DNA from: an uncultured delta proteobacterium
GTDB lineage: Bacteria > Desulfobacterota > RBG-13-43-22
Direction: 5' to 3'
NCBI GenBank assembly: GCA_963790475.1
Contig: CAWBOS010000010.1
Coordinates: 1,954,945 to 2,018,944, forward strand
Length of the DNA: 64,000 bases
Every line of letters starts with the position of its first letter. The stretch's first letter is position 1. The notes beneath the pieces were generated by a model, which saw only the letters and a program-made list of their open reading frames with translations, made no database searches and was not told the origin of the DNA. Shown here piece after piece: positions 60,449 through 64,000 of this stretch. The position numbers and the translations under genes are program-made.

Positions 60449-62632
60449 TTATCGCATTTCAGGCTTAAGGATCAAACAGGAGAGCGGAGGCAGGGTTAAG
60501 GACAGGGAGTGAGAGTAATATTGGAAAGGGGTCGATTCGGTCCGGATCAGGCCGGCGTTCCCCAGGTTACTACCTCCGTACCACGCTGAGTCACTGTTGA
60601 TGATTTCCCGATAGAAGGGGGCTTCAGGGACCCCAATCCGATACCCCAGACGAGGGACCGGCGTCAGATTGAATACTACTACCAGCCAGCCTTCCTTGGA
60701 TCGGCGTACATATGAGACAACCGACTGCTGCCAGTCCTGGCAGTCAATCCAGCTAAAGCCTTCAGGATGGTAATCCCATTGCCAGAGTGCCGGGTCATTC
60801 AAGTAAAGTCTTCCCAGATCGGCCAAATAGGTTTGAAAGCCCTTTCGTAAGGGATCGGCCTGCAAGTGCCAGTCCAGACTCTGGTCATGGTCCCATTCCC
60901 GGTCCATGGCCAGTTCGGTGCCCATAAAAAGGAGTTTTTTACCGGGGTGGGTATACATATAACCCAGGAGTGTCCTGAGATTGGCAAATTTTTTCCAGGT
61001 ATCCCCCGGCATCTTGGACAATAGAGATCCCTTGCCGTGCACCACCTCATCATGGGAAAGGGGCATGATAAAATTTTCCGTGTATTCATAAAGCATGGAG
61101 AAGGTCAAATCATTGTGATGGGAACTCCGATGTATCGGATCCTTGGAAAAATAGAGCAGGGTGTCGTTCATCCAGCCCATATTCCATTTGAAACTAAACC
61201 CCAGACCTCCCAGGTGGACAGGCAAGGTGACCCCGCCCCAGTCGGTTGATTCCTCGGCCACTGTGAAACAGCCGGGGAAAAGTCCGTAAACCTTCTCATT
61301 GACGGTCCTCAGAAAAGAAAGAGCTTCCAGATTTTCCCTACCTCCGTATTGATTGGGGATCCATTCGCCTTCCTTGCGGCTGTAATCGAGATAAAGCATG
61401 GAGGCCACGGCATCTACACGCAACCCGTCAATGTGATACTGGTCCAGCCAGAAAAGAGCGTTGGCCAGGAGGAAGTTTCGGACCTCATTTCTTCCGAGAT
61501 TAAAGATCAGGGTGCCCCAGTCCTGATGTTCTCCTTTTCTCGGATCGGCGTGCTCATAAAGGGCAGTCCCATCAAACCAGCGTAGGCTGTAATCATCCTT
61601 GGGAAAATGCGCCGGGACCCAGTCCAGGATGATCCCGATCCCGGCCTGATGACAGGCATCCACCAGAAAGCGAAAGTCATCCGGGGTCCCGTAGCGGCTG
61701 GTGGGGGCGTAATAACCGGTTACCTGGTATCCCCATGAACCTTCAAAGGGGTATTCAGCTATCGGCAACAGTTCCAGGTAGTTGAACCCAAATCGTTTCA
61801 TCTCCTCAATCAGATAAGGGGTAATCTCCCGATAGGTCAAAGAGCGATAGCCCTCTTCCGGCACCCGGCGAAACGAGCCCAGATGACATTCATAAATGGC
61901 CATGGGGGCCGTTCGCGGGTTGACTCGGGAACGGTTTTCCATCCAAGCTTTATCATTCCATTGATAGGTTGAGAGATCCCAGATCCGGGCACAGGCTCCG
62001 GGTGGATGTTCCATGGAAAAGGCCAAGGGATCGGTTTTGATGCGCAGATCGTTGTCCTGGGTCTTGATCTCGAACTTATAAAGGATTCCCGGACCAAGCC
62101 CGGGAACAAAAAGTTCCCAGATCCCGGAACTGCCCATGGCCCGCATGGGAAAGAGCCGGCCATCCCAGCGGTTAAATTCTCCCAGGAGGCTGACCCGTTT
62201 GGCATTGGGAGCCCAGATGGAAAAGGAAACCCCGGAGACCCCATCTATGGTCTTAAGGTGAGCCCCAAGGTGTTCATATAGTTTCAGATGATTGCCTTCA
62301 TTAAACAGGTAGAGGTCCATATCTCCCAGGGTGGGAAGAAATCGATAAGGATCTTCAGTCTCCCAAAGGTTTCCATCCGGAAAGGAGAAACGGAAACGAT
62401 AAGGAAAAGGCCAGGTCTCCCCTTTGAGCCGGATTTCAAATATCCCGCCGGGATGAATGCGGGGCATATCCAGGGATTGCCCCTCTATTAAAAGCGTAGC
62501 AATGGAGGCATCCGGATGAAAGGCCCGGATAACCACCCCCTTTTTGTCCCCCTGGTGATAGGGATGGCCCCCAAGGAGGTGATGGGGATCGGAGTACTCT
62601 CCTTTAGCTAAGGCATCCAGTTCGGCTTTCAT
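60449..62632 (-). CDS. glgB: 1,4-alpha-glucan branching enzyme
   Basis: WAPNA, SWGYQ, LDWVPAHF, RVDAVASMLY, AEES and LSHDEVVHGK. Confidence 0.96.
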   Translation of the reverse strand: MKAELDALAKGEYSDPHHLLGGHPYHQGDKKGVVIRAFHPDASIATLLIEGQSLDMPRIHPGGIFEIRLKGETWPFPYRFRFSFPDGNLWETEDPYRFLPTLGDMDLYLFNEGNHLKLYEHLGAHLKTIDGVSGVSFSIWAPNAKRVSLLGEFNRWDGRLFPMRAMGSSGIWELFVPGLGPGILYKFEIKTQDNDLRIKTDPLAFSMEHPPGACARIWDLSTYQWNDKAWMENRSRVNPRTAPMAIYECHLGSFRRVPEEGYRSLTYREITPYLIEEMKRFGFNYLELLPIAEYPFEGSWGYQVTGYYAPTSRYGTPDDFRFLVDACHQAGIGIILDWVPAHFPKDDYSLRWFDGTALYEHADPRKGEHQDWGTLIFNLGRNEVRNFLLANALFWLDQYHIDGLRVDAVASMLYLDYSRKEGEWIPNQYGGRENLEALSFLRTVNEKVYGLFPGCFTVAEESTDWGGVTLPVHLGGLGFSFKWNMGWMNDTLLYFSKDPIHRSSHHNDLTFSMLYEYTENFIMPLSHDEVVHGKGSLLSKMPGDTWKKFANLRTLLGYMYTHPGKKLLFMGTELAMDREWDHDQSLDWHLQADPLRKGFQTYLADLGRLYLNDPALWQWDYHPEGFSWIDCQDWQQSVVSYVRRSKEGWLVVVFNLTPVPRLGYRIGVPEAPFYREIINSDSAWYGGSNLGNAGLIRTESTPFQYYSHSLSLTLPPLSCLILKPEMR

Positions 62633-62795
62633 CAGACCTCCCAGGCAATGACCTCAGACGGAATCTCAATCTGTCCGGCGAGGTCTTTATAGAGATTTTC
62701 CATCTTTGCTTTTTTCTTGTGAGGGTCCCGGCAAGCATCCAAAAAGGCACCGCACCAACGCCAAAAACTCATTGCTCAACTCATGGTGACGGAGC

Positions 62796-64000
62796 CTATT
62801 CATCCTGCGAATAAATCACCACTGTGTATGGCCCGATACCGATTTCGCCGGAGCAGGGTAGTCCATCGGCTCCTTCCTATGTGAGTTTCGACGTCAGGGG
62901 TAGGATGATTGTAAAAGTTTGGGCCGTAGTTGTAGGAGTCACTGTTAAAGCGCGTTTTCCACAATCCGGCCCTCGGAAAACCGATGACATAATCATCGCG
63001 ATTTTGATTCGTCATATTCACCACCACCACGACGCTATCGGTTGGGCCCTGTTTGTCCCAGCGATGGAAAGCGAGGAGCTTGGCCTCATCGTTAAAATGA
63101 TAGATATGGATGTTTTGACCGCACAACCCCCGCGTCACGCCCGACAGGTTGCGCCGCAGGGCGATCAGATCCCGGTACATGCCGAGAATACCGTGTTCGT
63201 CCTCAGCCCGGGACCAGTCGATCGGGTCTTTATCCTGGAACCAGCGATCTTCCAGCAACTCCTGCCCTTGAAAAAGCATCGGGATACCCGGCGAAGTAAG
63301 AACAAGAGCACCGCCCAAGGTGGAGCGTTTCTTGGAAAACCAGCTATCCACCTTGCCGGGCCAGATCTCCTCGGGCACGCGGGACCGACCATTGGCGACC
63401 TCGTCGTGCGACTCGGTATAAATGATCCGCCGAAAGACGTCTAAATCGTAGCGATGCTCGATCGCTCCACTGACTGCCCCCAAATCACGTGATGCATCAT
63501 CACGGACGATGACGGCCTGGCGAACGGGGTGAACAAATTCGGCATCCCATTGGGCATTGAAACCGGCGCCGCCCGCTCCTACCTCTTTAATGACCCAGGG
63601 GTTATTCTTCATGCTTTCGCCGATGCTGATTTTGCCGGGAAACCGTTGTTTGATTTCCACATTGATCCACTGCATCAAGCTCCAGCCTTCGGGGATGTCA
63701 TTAGCCGGATTGTCGTCATTGCCGTCAATGCTTTTGATATAGGCTATCATGTCCCATCGTAGGCCGTCGGCGTGGTACTCCTCGAACCACATCAGGGCGT
63801 TATCGCGCAGATAGTGGCGCACTTCGTCCCGACCATAATCGGGGCGCGTTTCCCCCCAGGGTGTATTCGAGCGGCGATCCTCGTAAAAGTAGATTCCCCC
63901 TTTCTCGTTTTCACTCCAACCGTCAAACTGCCACAAATCAAGATCGGAGGGACCAAGGTGGTTGTAGACGACATCCATGATAACAGCAATACCATGCTCA
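62796..64000 (-). CDS. GH13 alpha-amylase/branching-enzyme-like protein (5' end outside window; apparent frameshift near 62875)
   Basis: DVVYNH, GLRWD, ESHDEV and PMLFQGQE. A more plausible C-terminus (DGLPCSGEIGIGPYTVVIYSQDE*) lies in another frame. Confidence 0.85.

Overview
Bacterial chromosome segment, probably from a Desulfobacterota/deltaproteobacterial anaerobe (inferred from selenocysteine-containing SelD, many sigma54 systems and rubrerythrin). It has three parts. (1) 1-8810 is the end of an island integrated at tRNA-Leu(TAA). It carries a vWA/PP2C/kinase (TerY-P-type) triad whose kinase has gained a Sel1 module between 103-bp direct repeats, an apparently orphan SAM-I/IV riboswitch, an ADP-ribosylglycohydrolase and an FGE-fold protein. 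(2) About 8.9-23.9 kb is mostly core: nadA, a UbiB kinase, LysR, Sec-containing selD, a sigma54 two-component system with its target operon (including a diheme cytochrome c), a CDF transporter and a methyltransferase. (3) From a second tRNA 3'-end att site at 23969 onwards is a mosaic accessory region. Its centrepiece is a kaiC-kaiB-kaiB operon followed directly by a PAS-PAS sigma54 enhancer-binding protein. Three copies of a conserved ~165-bp module (two enhancer boxes plus a -24/-12 promoter) lie in front of general-stress-type small-protein operons, which suggests a KaiA-less Kai-to-sigma54 regulon. The region also holds cyclic-nucleotide signalling genes built by duplication and domain swap, an inverted duplicated sigma54/small-protein module, a repeated unidentified structured RNA, an isolated attC, an IS1380 inserted into the 3' end of a degenerate group II intron, many pseudogene remnants and glycogen genes. 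All calls come from reading the sequence; no database searches were run.
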